Positions 13,792-26,393 of a stretch of 64,000 bases of DNA are shown here, in pieces. Source of the DNA: Camelus ferus (taxonomy: Eukaryota); NCBI RefSeq assembly GCF_009834535.1, contig NC_045696.1, positions 102,736,001 through 102,800,000 on the forward strand, written 5' to 3'. How positions within the stretch are numbered: the stretch's first letter is position 1; the number at the start of each line of letters is the position of its first letter. A program made the position numbers and the translations under genes. Under the pieces are notes generated by a model, which saw only the letters and a list, made by a program, of their open reading frames with translations, had not been told where the DNA came from and searched no databases.

Positions 13792-15649
13792 TTTGTTCTT
13801 TGATTCTTAAATCTGGAATACTCTACAGAAATGCTTAAAACTAACTGCCAAATTCATAGAACTCTAAAGACTCTCTTAATGACTCAGGCTCATAGTTCTA
13901 ATGTCTTTGTTTGCATATAGTATTTATTTGGATAATGCCTTTTAGGTAGTTATCTTACTTTTCCAAAAACAATAACCCTTAAGCAATCTTGCAACTCATA
14001 ACAAACCAAGTTCATATTGGAAATACAAATTCTTTTATTCTAGATGTTTAATGAGCAAGGAATGTGAATCTTTTCCCTGAGGAACAAATAGAAGACTCTT
14101 TGAGTTGAGGTAGATTTGTCAGCTCTGCCTGTGATTAGAATTGGCTTCTCCAAACAGCAGTTTAGAAGAGCGATGAGTAAGCAGGAAGTTACTTGTGAAT
14201 GGAGTTAAAATGGAAAAAGATCCACTACCATTCCTCGGGAAGTCATATTCAGTCTGTCACTGCAATAATGTTAACACTATAAAATCGTTATCATTGATTT
14301 TCTTTATTGGTAACTTTCCTAAAATCAAAGAAGGGCTTGGATTTAAAGCAAACTCTTCAAATCCTGAGATATAATTATATAGTAGAAGCAGCCCATCAGA
14401 AAGGACGGGAACCTAAAGTGACACTAGTGTCCTCTTTGGGTGGCAAAGTTCATGGTGATTTTCTTCTTTCTCTTTTTAATATTTTCTCGATTTTATGTAA
14501 TAAGCATGTATTTCCTTTATCCTCAGGACAATTTTTACTTAAAAAACAAAAAGAAGAAGAGACAGTGACCAAAGATGGAAACCCACACAGCTTGAGAGAG
14601 AGCTGCAGTTTTCATTGCTGGGCATTGGTTAGCATTGGGTGCTGTCAGCAAAGTCTTGCCTGGAGCTTTGAGAATCACTGAGGAGGGAAGAGGGACCCCA
14701 GTGTCATCTGGGATAACGAGATCTGGGCTAACACCCTCTGGTACTCGGGCATTTCTTGGTTCAGACTCCTGGGTCCTTGTTAGTGGGCAGTCATCATGGC
14801 GTTCCTCTCATCTCTGGAGTCCCAGCCCTTCCTGCAAGGGACCCCATTGCATTACTTTCCTTGAAGACAACTACCAGCTTGGCCTGGACTCAAGATTAGG
14901 AGTAATATTGAGTCCCAGTGAAACAGCCAGATGAGTGAGCTACAAAGAGCACCCAAATGCTAACTGGATCAATCTATTGAGGTTACTGAAATATGGGGAT
15001 TATACCATGAGCTTATTTAAATATGGAGTGTATCTAACAAATAAAAATACATTTCTTACCAACAGTTAATACTAATCATTCTTATAGGAAAAGATTTATC
15101 CCCAAAAGTCAGCATAATAAAATAATTCCAAGTGTTTGGGTTTGATCTGGCAGTGTTGTTAATTATACACTTCACTTCATGGCCCTTATTACCATCAATT
15201 TTTTAGGATCAAATTAGTTTTTTGATTAGCACTTGCATCTTTTTCACACATTCAAGTCTCCATGTTATATGGTAGAATCCGGGTTCTCAATAGAATCTTT
15301 TTCAAATTCTTGTAGGGCTATCCTCACGTGGAAGTTGGGCGTCCTATTACTCAGAAGCATTCATCTCAGGCTTGCTCCTCCTATCCTGTAACACTTGCTT
15401 ACAAGCTGCTTCCAGGGAAAGAAAGAGGGTAGGAGACCCTTTCCCCCAATACCTCCAGTAGAAAAGTCCTGGGAGAGCTCTCCGATTGGACAGTCCTTGG
15501 TCACGTGCCTTATGGGCTGGAGGAGAAATGACTGGGATCAGTGGTCCCAAGTGGATGCACAGCATCTATCCATCCACTACCCACACCATCTCCATGTACA
15601 CTGAGCACTCCTGGGTCCCAAGAGAGGCTCTGCTGGATGGGTGTGCAGT

Positions 15650-15885
15650 TTTGATCAAGAGCTTGAAATTTCCAGTCAGCCTGGGTTCAAATCCAAGCAT
15701 TTCATTTACACATCGCAGGTTTTGGATTAGTGGTTAACCTCTATAAATCTCGGAATCTTCACCTGTAAAATAGTGATAATCTCTCTTATTGCACAGGGTT
15801 TTTGAGAGAATTAAATGAGACATAACTGCAGAGCACTTATGTCAGAGTTCTTGGTGTATAATAAGTACTCATTAAAAGTTAGGGA
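15650..15885 (+). mobile_element. MIR SINE (representative; others at about 2390-2560, 21510-21650, 22480-22580, 51975-52120)
   Basis: MIR core cctgggttcaaatcc...cacctgtaaaatag...gagaattaaatgaga. Confidence 0.75.
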
Positions 15886-18800
15886 TGATGATGATGATTT
15901 ATCATGGAGTGTTTCCACTGGACAAAGTTTCATCCAAACAGCAAAAAGCTGCTGACGTCTTTCTCCAGTGTGGGCAGGTGAGTGGAGTTGGTTTTATTCG
16001 GCATACATTATGTCATCTCTGGACCCTTAGACATAAAGACCACCTTGGAGCTGTTTTCCTTAGCAAAGAGGCTAATTGATCATTTTGTATCCTTGTCATG
16101 GGCATTCATCATACTTAGGCCTGCCATTATTTTCTGAGTAGCCTTTTAATATTTGGGGAAATTTCTATAGCAGGTGGCCCTTATCCTCTACGAAGAGTTG
16201 AGTTCCTAGCCTCACAGCCGAAACAGGCATGTGAAATAAACATTACCACATGCGCTCGCATAAGACTGATTCAGAGCCCCACCTAAGGAAAGAGGGTCTG
16301 GGGTGTTCCTCAGGTGCCTTTCAAAACAATTGGAGGTTGTCCATATCTGAGATTAATTGTATTGGGAAAGGCCACTTAAAACTAACTTAAAACAGTTCCA
16401 GATCTTCATAGCAGATATTGAAAAATTGCTTACGGTTTTAGCTTCAAAAAATGAAACTGAAAAATTTTGAATCAAATTTATTTTATATTTAATAAAATTT
16501 CCTTTAGATTTGAGGCTATCTGCCAATTCTCATACTTAACAAAGAACGAATCAAATGTGGGGTTTTTTCGCATAATTTTCCCTCCAAAATGCATTTGACC
16601 AAAATACATTGTTCCCTTCACTTTCGACCTTTACAACATTCTAAGGCAGAAGAATACTTTTGTAAAAACAGCACAGGGATTCTTCATTTTTCCCATGGGG
16701 CTTTCTTTAATATTTTTTGCATTAAAAATCATTCTTCTTTGAAGGGACTTTCGGTCAGTGACCTTTAGCTTTTTTCTTTCAGTTGTTCACTGGAGTAATT
16801 CATCCAGGTCCTCATTTGCCAAAAACAGCCCATCAATTCCTCACTTCTTTCAGCAACACTTACATCCACCGTATGAAATTCTGGATCTTTTAGGAGATCA
16901 TACTGCATCATGGATTAAATGTGCATTGTATTTCCACTGCATTTTCAGACGTTTGTAAGGTTGATGACTTGACCAGGGACTAACCAACAAAGATGTTGAC
17001 ATACTGGGCCCAGCTAGGTGTAATATTCTGCAGCAAAGTATATTTTACTGGGGTCTAATTTTATTAAGTGCTCAGTTCACCAGTGAATATTTTCAAATTT
17101 CCATGACTATGGACTGTGACTCTCTGAACTTGGTTAACTGCAGATTCTGGATAATAGATACTCTGGACAACAAAGATCATTTCACTAACTACCCTGCTTT
17201 TTTTTTGAGGATGCATGCACAGGGCTTTTGTCCTCTCCACCTCTTCCCTTTCCAAGTGCCTGGAGTTCTGTGGCGCCCTACCATTATGCCAACTCTGCAT
17301 CACCAAAGTCCAGAAATTGGTCTCACAGAAATGGACCTTACATGAATGTTCAGAATCCACTTGGAATCTGTCTCAATTTTAACACATTAAGCTTCTCAGG
17401 GCATTTAAAGATTGTAATTTTGGTCAGAACTGTAGTTCTAAGTTAATATGTATTTCTAAAAGAGCAAATAGTAAGGTCTTAGTAAACTTTTAAAGTCCCA
17501 TGGTAACATTAGTGTCTTTCTGCATGTCTCAACAACAACAGGACCATCAATGTTGGAACCCCAACTTCTTAGTGAGGATACAAACACAGTCATCAGTCTA
17601 TAAATTAAGAAAAGAATTGTTGCACATTTATATTCAAATGGTTTTCTGTCCACTTATCCTGTTGAATACTTTATTTTTTAATTTTAAATTCTGAAAACTT
17701 AGCTTAGTCCTAAGAATGAAGTATTTTCTGGCTATGATGACTTCAGATCATTACCAGAAAGTGAATTGAGCAATATTTTCACTTGATAATTTAAGGCTAT
17801 GACTTTTTAATAAAATATCATCTAAAACACTTATGCTATTGGATAGCATATTCTTGAAATGTGTGCAAAGTAAACAATCATTTATTTTCCTCTTTGCTGT
17901 TTTCAGACAATTTTTATTGGATTGAGCGTAGGCTTCAGGATATAATGCAGTTTGCCAAATTCTGTAATTCTTTTTATTTTTTATTTTTAAATGTCATACA
18001 GGGTGTGGTGCTTTTAGAAATTTTTTTAAAAGTTGTAGTTCTTTGTGTTTTTTTCCTTCATTTTTTCAAAAATAGTAAGAAAATCTAAACCCTACAGGCA
18101 AATTCTGGTTCCTACTATTGACTCCTGGATTCCCTCCCTCTTAAAAGTAAGATCACTCCTGTATGTAGTTTTTGTTTATTTCCTTGCTGGGAGTATTTAT
18201 GTTCTTAACATTACAAGCTCATTATTAGGAATGAAGTCTTGATAAGTACTATTTTAATGCTATATATATATTTATATTTATATGTATTTTATAAATATAT
18301 ATATATTTGCTTAGGATGGTGAAAATAATTTGAGAGGGACAACAAATGAGGCAGCTATATCCCTCTTGTGGTGATGTGATCATTGAAAATCTTGAGGAAT
18401 CCATTCTGTTCCTGTATTTCTTCTATTAATCCCTGGTTATTGGGAAATACTTACCAAGATAAATACTTGATTTTATGTTAGTTAAAATTAATTACTAATT
18501 AAATAAGGGAAAGCCTTGATTCCATAAGGCTGCAATTGCTCTTAGAAAAACAAATTCTCTCTAAATCTCAGTATTAATACTACATAAAAAGACATTGCTG
18601 GAAAAGATCTTTTAAGAACAGAGACGCCAGGAAAGAAACACTTGGGATGGGGAAATCTGATGATTTGGATTTTGTCTTCGTTATTTGACACAGTATGACA
18701 ATTCACTCACAAATAGCATGGCTGAAGACTCATTTCTAAAAACCCCGCGCCGCTCAGAAACTCTCTCTATTCTCACACATCAGCGAAAACAGAAAAGAAT

Positions 18801-19517
18801 CTACTGAGGCTGTGTGTGTGTGTTTAAAGTAAGAGAATAAGAGTTAAAATATGATAGAATCTCCCTTCTACTTTCCTTGGATCTGGCTGTTTGAAGGAGA
18901 CTCCCTAGGTTTTCCAGCAACCAGCAAACGCTAATACTTTCTATTTAAAAGCAACTAAGGAAAAACACTTCCCCAAAGCAAATTAAGGCAACCTCCTGCC
19001 TCCAGCGCCCCCACCCCCCCCCCACCCCCCCCCCCATCATCTGTAGAGCATGGAGCCAGGTCCCATTTGGGTACCACTCGGCAGGGGGTTCGCTTTCATC
19101 CCTCTCCCCACCGCCCCTGCCGGCGGGATGTGACTAGGGTTGCGGGTCCCGGGGTGCCAGGGAGGAGCCGCCCGCCCGCCCCAGGAGAGGAGGCGGCTCC
19201 CGCCTGGGAGCCGCCCCCTCTCGTCGCCGGAGAACAAACGGGATATTCAGCAGTGGCCTGTGGCTGCCAGAGCAACTCCTCGGGGGAAATTGAGCGGCGA
19301 GGCAGACTGCACCGTAATCGCCTAGAAAAGCGCCAGGGCCCCGCTTGCCGCGCACACCGGGTACCTGGGCTGCCCCGCGGCGGTGCGCGCGCGAGAGAGC
19401 GGGAGAGGGCGAGCCGGGGTGCGGGCGCGCCGGGCGTGAGCCTGGGCGCTGCGGAGCGCGCGTGCTCCGGGCTGCGCGCCGGGGGCCGGGGGCGAGCCCC
19501 GAGCGTCTCCACCCGCC

Positions 19518-19624
19518 ATGAGGGGCGCGGGCGCCTGGGCCCCGCTCTGCCTGCTGCTGGCCGCCGCCGTCCAGCCCTCGCGGCCGCAGCCGCAGCCGCA
19601 GCCGCAGCCGCAGCCCCAGGAGAG
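19518..19624 (+). CDS. PCOLCE2: PCOLCE2 coding exon 1 (signal peptide plus PQ repeat)
   Basis: cccgccATG Kozak context at 19518. Translates MRGAGAWAPLCLLLAAAVQPSRPQPQPQPQPQPQE(R), matching the recalled human N-terminus MRGANAWAPLCLLLAAATQLSRQQSPER. Ends at donor AG|gtaacg (phase 2), compatible with exon 2. Confidence 0.95.
19584..19619 (+). repeat. Coding hexanucleotide microsatellite (CCGCAG)5 CCCCAG
   Basis: Read directly from the sequence; encodes PQ x6. Confidence 0.97.
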
Positions 19625-20588
19625 GTAACGCATCCCCCTCCATCGCTCCCTCCCTTCCTCCCTTTCCCTCGCCGGCTGCTTTTGCTTTACTCAGTCCGCT
19701 TCGGGGCGCCGGGGAACCCACGAGCGACCGGGACCTCAAGACGGCGCCTGTCCGCGGGGCTCCCTTTTGCGCCGCTGGCTCCGCCGGCCCGCCACCACGT
19801 GGTGGAGCCTTAACCTGCCCTGCGTCTCCTCTCCCCGAAGGTTTATGCAGGCGAGGGAAGCACTGGGGCTCAAATATGTGAACTTTGGTTTACTTCTGTT
19901 TTCCTCCCTGGAGAGGCTTTGCTCAGAAACGTAAGCCTAGGGAAAAACTCGAGTCGCGCGGGCGCCCGGGCGCCCGGGGAGCCACCGTCGGAAAGTTAAC
20001 TCTTTGCCCACCTCCGAGCTGCCGGATGGCCCCAGAACCTGGGCTGGGGGACCCACTCGATGGCCAACTTTGGTATCTCCTCTTCCACTCCCATCACTGT
20101 CAACCTCCATTTTCAATGCGAGGCTCTGCCAGTGGCCAACGATTTTAAGAAAAGGGGAAAATTAAGCATCTCTTCAACTCTAGGACATTAAAACTTTTTT
20201 TTTGTATTAGCCAATTAATTGTCTATCTTTAAAACCATGGACCCCACAGAGCCTAGCTCTCACCTTCTCTCTTACAACCCCTCACCTCCCACCCCCACCC
20301 TCAGTTAAATTTTCCGTTTACCATTTGCTTGTAAGTTGCATACCACTACCTGGAGGACTTGATTGCATATGGATGGATGAATGGATGAATGGTTGGTTAA
20401 ATGGATAGACGGATCTTGTGTTATTATGCTGGAGACAGATGGCAGCTGGGCTGAATATTTCATCAGGCTATAATTTAAATATTCTAAGAGCCAGCAAGTA
20501 TTTAAAATCCCTTATATTATTGCAGGCACTTAATAATCAATATTAACTTTATCCAGATTAAATTTCCTTTCCTCTTTTATTTTCCCAG
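19625..20588 (+). other. PCOLCE2: PCOLCE2 intron 1 (964 nt, GT-AG)
   Basis: Bounded by canonical splice sites that join exons 1 and 2 in frame. Confidence 0.93.
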
Positions 20589-20697
20589 ACCTGTTTTCAC
20601 ATGTGGCGGCATTTTTACTGGAGAGTCTGGATTTATTGGCAGCGAAGGTTTTCCTGGAGTGTACCCTCCAAATAGCAAATGTACTTGGAAAATCACA
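20589..20697 (+). CDS. PCOLCE2: PCOLCE2 coding exon 2 (start of CUB1 domain)
   Basis: Polypyrimidine acceptor tttcccag| and donor |gtaagc. The 109 nt read (R)[36 protein letters not shown], a typical CUB N-terminal motif in frame with exons 1 and 3. Confidence 0.97.
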
Positions 20698-22367
20698 GTA
20701 AGCATTTTTAAAAAGGGTATTCTCCTAGAAGTGAATATTGGAAACAGTGGAAGGCTGCTGCTTTTTCCCTCTGGTGTCAGAATTCGGGTTGGGGGCAAAT
20801 GTCTGAAATAGTGAAATGTTGAATTTACCTCAACTATTTGGGAGGTTTTTAATAGAACTAATGGTGTCCTGCATTAGCGATTAGAAAGGGCTCAAGATAA
20901 TGCTTGGAGGGATAAATTCTTAAAGCAGATGTGTTTCTGAAAACCTAGTGTGACTCAGTTGAGTTTCATGGATTCAGAATAAAGCTATTTTCAGGCAAAG
21001 GCCTGCCCTGAAAGACTTAGAAGCTATTTGCTGCCTGTGCCTTGCATATATGTCTCCCAGTGGGAGATAGAAGATCAAAGGTAATGATCACCTCTGACTA
21101 CTTTATATCCATTAGGGGGAAAAAGTGGGAAAAGAAAAAGAAAAAATATACCACTTAGTGTCCCTGACTTAAAACCACCACCAAAAGCAATCTAAGAATA
21201 GAAAATAATAACTTAGGGGAGAAAAGTCTAAATATCAAACAGAAACGAATAAAATAGCCATGCTGGTTAGTAATGGCATGGATTATGTGGAGTCAAGATA
21301 AGAAGTCAGATTTAGAGACAGCCAGCTTTAAAAAAAAAAAGATCTGGAGTAAGTCAGCTAGACTGAGTTTGCTTTCCACTTAGCATTGTAGCAACTGTTA
21401 TCTTCTTCATTTCTTTATTGTTGGGAAGTTGGTGATTGAACACACTGGTTCCCTGAAAGCTTCATCCAGATTGTGCCACCCATGAATTAATGATTTGTAA
21501 AAGTAGGTGCCTCTTATTGGGCACTTACTGTGTGCCAGGTACTGTCTCAAGTAGTTAACAAGCATGATTTCACTGAATCTTTGAAATCACTGTTAGAAAG
21601 TAGTAGTATTATCCCCATTTTATAGATGAAGAAGCTGAGGCCCAGAACAATGATATAAATTGGACTTGATCAAACATTTGGTAAGTCCCAGCTTTCTGTC
21701 AAGTGAAACCTATTTTACCAATGAGGCCTTCCCACCAGGAAAGTCATCTGACAGCCAGAGAGGAGGGGTTTCCCTCCTTGATGTAAAACCTGGCTCCTAG
21801 AGGCATTGATGGTCTCCTAGAAAATAATCAGCTGTCTGATGAATTGATATATCACATTGCATAGTATTTCGTTATGATATTGTAACACGTGGGGCCAGGA
21901 GAAGATGGGTCATAAAAAATAGCTTTGAAATCTTGGTATTAGCATAAATGTGAAATCAGGCTCAGAAATATACATGTAACTTGTTTTTCATATTATAGTT
22001 GTGTTTCCATTGTAATGAAATGGCTATAAAAACGATCCGAGGAAATTCACGACTGAGAGCCATCATGTGCCTAACAAGTGGAAATTCATGGTTAGCCAAG
22101 TGTTTTGGGTATTGTGGGCGTTGTTAGTGTGGAAACAAACTTTGATAAGAGGGAGGGTGTCCAGTGAAAGTTTTCCTTGAGAGAAGAAAGGTGTGCCCTG
22201 GGAGAGTCCTGACTACCCCATTCTTATGTGGGGGGGGGGGGGGAGGGAAATGTAATGATGCTTCCGTATAAATACAATGGAAAGGTGAGGCCAGTGGGCA
22301 CTCATTCCATCACTCATAAGTTGGGCGACCAGGATTTATCTTCCTTAAAACTCAGGACTTTTTTGCT

Positions 22368-22478
22368 TTTTTTTTTTTTTTTTAACTTTATTTTCTTTAA
22401 TGGAGGTACTAGGGATTGAATCCAGGACGTCGTGCATGCTAAGCATGAGCTCTACCAGTGAGCTATACCTCCCTTCCC
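22368..22478 (-). mobile_element. tRNA-derived SINE (Vic-1-like), adjoining a MIR fragment
   Basis: ggaggtactagggattgaatccaggac...gagctatacc with a poly-T tail. Confidence 0.85.
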
Positions 22479-23949
22479 AGATCTCAGGATTGTTGTGAAG
22501 ATAAAGTGAGATAGTACATATTACAGCCTTTAGCTGAACGCCTGGAATATAATAAGTGCTCACTAAACATTAGCTACCACTGTTAACCATTGTTGCTGGT
22601 ATTGACTTGTCTTTCCTTCTGACCTGCAAGCAATATGGCAGCTCACTGCCGCCTCCTTACATCGGCTAAACTGGGCTCGGCATCAACTTAAAGTGACTCA
22701 GACTTTCATGGAACAATCAATTATGTCATGTATATCTAGGAAAACTTACTTCTGTGCTTGGGTTCTCCTGTGCTCTCACTGGAGAGGTTCTGTGTGAGTT
22801 GGGACTAGGTGGGCTCCTAGTGACAGAGATCCAGAGTAACAATGGCTCAGACAGAAGCTTGGTTCTCTCTCCAGTGAAGGAATCTGGAGGTAGGCAACCC
22901 AAGGTTGGTGTGGCATCTTCAGACCACTAGGCACTCACTATCCACTCAGATGTGTGCACAAGTTCCAGCCATCAGGTTCATGTTCTAGCCAACAAACAGG
23001 AAGACAAGAAGGGCATAAATCCTCCCTTTAAGGACGTTGTACAGAATTACATGCATCTCGATGTTGGTTTCATTGGCTGGTTGTTAGTTACATGGCCACT
23101 TCTAGCTACAAAGAAGCCCTGAAGTGAAGGTTTCATGTCCGCAATCCTTGTGCTCTGCTAAAATTCAGAAGTCTCCTTTTGAATAAAAGTCTTCTATCAA
23201 CTGTGGAAAGAAGGGAAAACAAGCAGACGACAAGCAGTCTCTGTGACATATTTATTTGTGGTTTGCCCAGGATGCCTGACCTCATGCTCAAAAGTTGAGT
23301 AACAGATGCCAGCCTTTTTTGAAAAATATGTATTTTTAGAAAGCATAGGCAATGCAGAAGAAAGGACTGCATAATTTGCTTTTCTAGTGAGAAGCTTTAT
23401 GGTTCTCACTCTTAGCCGGTTAAGTTGATTCTATTTCAAGGGGCTGCCTCTTTTATGTTTGCATATGAGTAGCTCCCAAGAACTTCCAGAGGAGCCCAGC
23501 ACATTCTCCTGGTTATAATTGTAGCCTCAGCAGAATGTTCACAAAGGCCCTGGGTGCTCTCAAGGTCTCAGTTTGACAATATAGTCATTCCTTTGTATTT
23601 TACAAGGAATAACACTGAATCGCTGGTAAAAATCTACCCAGTTCTTCATGGTTTGTTAGTAGCAGAAGGGAGCTCCCCAGCTCCTGGAGACCCTCTGGTT
23701 GATAAAAGGAGGAAAACTGGTAGAGTTAAAGCTTGTAGAAGCTTGTAGCCTTAAGATCTGTTATTCATTCAACACACATGCACTGGGTGTTGGGTGCTAT
23801 TGGAGTTATGGTGAACAAGGCAGCCAAGCTCTTTGCTCTCATGCAGCTAGCGTTCTAGTTTGGAGGGACAGGCAATTAATGTTTAAACAAGTGAGTAATC
23901 AAGGAAATATCAAGTAGTGATAAATGATTTCTGAAAATAAAAATCAATG

Positions 23950-25020
23950 CCACTTTGTATCCATTACGATAGCTACTATAAAAAACAACAACCCAGAAAA
24001 TAACACCTGTTGACAAAGATGTGGAATAATTAGAACCCTCGTGCATTGCTGGAAAGAGTGTAAAATGGTGCAGCTGCTGCAGAAAACAGTATGACACTTT
24101 CTCAAGAAATTAAACATAGAATTTCCATATTACCCAGAAATTTGACTTCTGGATATATACTCAAAAGAAGTGAAAGCTGGGATTTGATCAGATTTTTGTG
24201 TGTCCACATTCATGGCAGCATTATTCACAATAGCCAAAAGGTGGAAGCAACCCAAGTGTCTATCCACAGATGAATGGACAAACAAAATGTGATATACCAA
24301 AAGAAAAAGAGAGGGAAATGTGGTATACAAAGGAACATTATTCAGCTTTAAAAAGTAAGGAAATTCTGACACATTCTACAACATGGATGAACCTTGAAGA
24401 AGTTATGCCAAATGAAATAAGCCAGTCCACAGAAGGACAAATATTGTCTGATTCTACCAACATGGGGCACCTAGAGTAGTCAAAATCAGAGAGACAGAAA
24501 GTAGAATGGTAGTTTCTAGAGGCTGGTGAGGGTAGAGGAATGGGAATTAGTATGAAATGGACACAGTTTCCGTTGGGAAATATGAGAATGTTCTGGAGAT
24601 GGATTGTGGCGATGGTTGCACAACAATGTGAATGTACTTAATGACACTGAATTGTACACTTAAAAATGGCAAAAGTGGGAAATTTTATGTATATTTTATC
24701 ACAATAAAGTATTTTAAAAATAAAACACAGAGGTGGGATATTATATAATAATAGTATCATTCCCTTACACAAAATATTCAGAAAAGGCAAATCTATAGAG
24801 ACAAGGTAGATTAGTGGTTGTGGGGCAGGGGCTAGGTATGGGGATTAACAAGTTCATGGTCACTAGGGATCTTGAGAGGATGGAAATGGTCTAAAACTGA
24901 CCTATGGTGCTGGTTGTACAACTTGGTATACTCACTAGAAATCATCCAGTTGTGCGCTTACAATGGGAGAGTTTTATAATATGTTAAATATACCTTAAGA
25001 AATTTGTAAAAAAAAAAAAA
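23950..25020 (+). mobile_element. Old L1M 3' fragments (L1MB/L1MC-like, two pieces)
   Basis: ORF2 C-terminal and 3'UTR motifs: gtaaaatggtgcagctgct, caacatggatgaaccttgaa, gttctggagatggat, ggcaaatctatagagaca. Confidence 0.85.
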
Positions 25021-26159
25021 TACCCTGAAACCATAACATAGCAGTGGATAGAAGTAGCTGTGGATGAGGTGGTCAGGAAAGGCCACTCTGAGGAGGTGAC
25101 ATTTAAGCTGAGGCCTGAATGACAAGGAGTCAGCCAAGTGAAAGTCTGGGGAAGAGCATTTTAGGCAGTGGGACCAGAAAGTGCAAAGGCCCTGAAGTGT
25201 AAAGAAGTTTGATTGTATGAAGAGCAGCCAGGAGGTCAGTGTGGCTGGAACAGCATAAGCAAGTGGGGGGACGGGAGGAGAAGTGGAAAAAAGATGAGCA
25301 GCGTCCTGTGGGCCACAGAGAAGAGTTTGAATTTTATTTTGAGTAGGAAGCCACTGGAGAATCTTAAGCAAAGGAGTGAGATTACCTGATTTTAAAAGAT
25401 CATCCCGGCTGCCTTGTGGAAGATGAATTGTGGGGAATTAAGAGTGGAAGCAGGGAGGCCTATTGGGAAGCTCCGTGGTACCCAGGGGTGAGAAGATGGT
25501 AGGATGGACAAGGGGGTAACAAAGGAGATGAAGAAATGTGGACTCTTCTGCCTAAAGCAGTTGTCTTAGGAGTTCTGAATGCAGCTCGGGTGTCATGGCA
25601 CCAGGCGAGAGGCCGGATGCACTGGGCTCTGGACTTTCTTGACAGCTGCTCCAGGCAGGGCTGTGCCCTGCTGTGGCCTCATCCAACGCAGTCTCTTAAA
25701 GGCTTTCCTGAAGCCCGTGGATCCTGTCCATTTTCCAGCTCCCGCCATCAGTAAACCAAGAATAGCATTCCCACTGGTAATTCATTATCATAGAGGCCCC
25801 TCTAGATGGAAGAGTTTCAGAGTAGCCCTCAAACTCAAGTTCCTATACCTAGAAACACCCTGCCTCTCACTGCTCATCCGCCTCGCAGTCCGTTCTTCTG
25901 GGCTGGAGATGTGTCCCAGCAAGGTGGCTTTCATCACCAAATTGTCTTCATCGAACTGTGTCTATCTCGTGGGAGGGACTGGGGAGAGTCCGATGTTAAC
26001 ATCAGTTCAGTGCTAGAAAGGAGAAGGCTAGTTGTTACCACCAAACTTTCCAGCCCTTCGTAGGAGACTTTCTGATAGAGAACGGACATCGAGATTTAAA
26101 TTTGGATGTGTCCTTAAATTACAGTACTTTAACATTTTCATTGCTATTTCTTGGACAGC

Positions 26160-26393
26160 TGCACTGTCTAAACACACTATCAACGTTGGCTATTTAAATT
26201 TAAACTGATCAAAATTAAGTTGAAAATTAAAAATCCAGTTCTTCAGTCTCACTGGCCATATGCCAAATGCTCAGTGTCCACATGTAGATAGTGGCCACCA
26301 TATCGGATATATATATATATAATATCCATATAATATATTATAATGTAATATGAATATTTCCATTCTCGCAAGAAGTTCCTTCGGACAGTGCTG
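26160..26393 (-). mobile_element. hAT-Charlie MITE (MER3/MER33-like)
   Basis: Termini gcactgtct...ggacagtgc and internal ggctatttaaatttaaa / aaatgctcagt..ccacatgt...gtggc motifs. Confidence 0.7.

Larger units (their letters stand above)
19050..20050 (+). promoter_or_regulatory. CpG island spanning the PCOLCE2 promoter, 5'UTR, exon 1 and start of intron 1
   Basis: Abrupt rise in GC and CpG density against CpG-depleted flanks, with GC-box-like runs and no obvious TATA box near the ATG. The exact TSS cannot be determined from sequence. Confidence 0.9.

Noticed and set aside
19067..19813. 248-aa + strand ORF and overlapping 138/201/103-aa minus-strand ORFs
   Set aside because: Stop-poor GC-rich CpG island artefacts. 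The poly-A, LR and CG runs are alternative frames of the CCGCAG repeat, and the real reading frame is the spliced PCOLCE2 exon 1.
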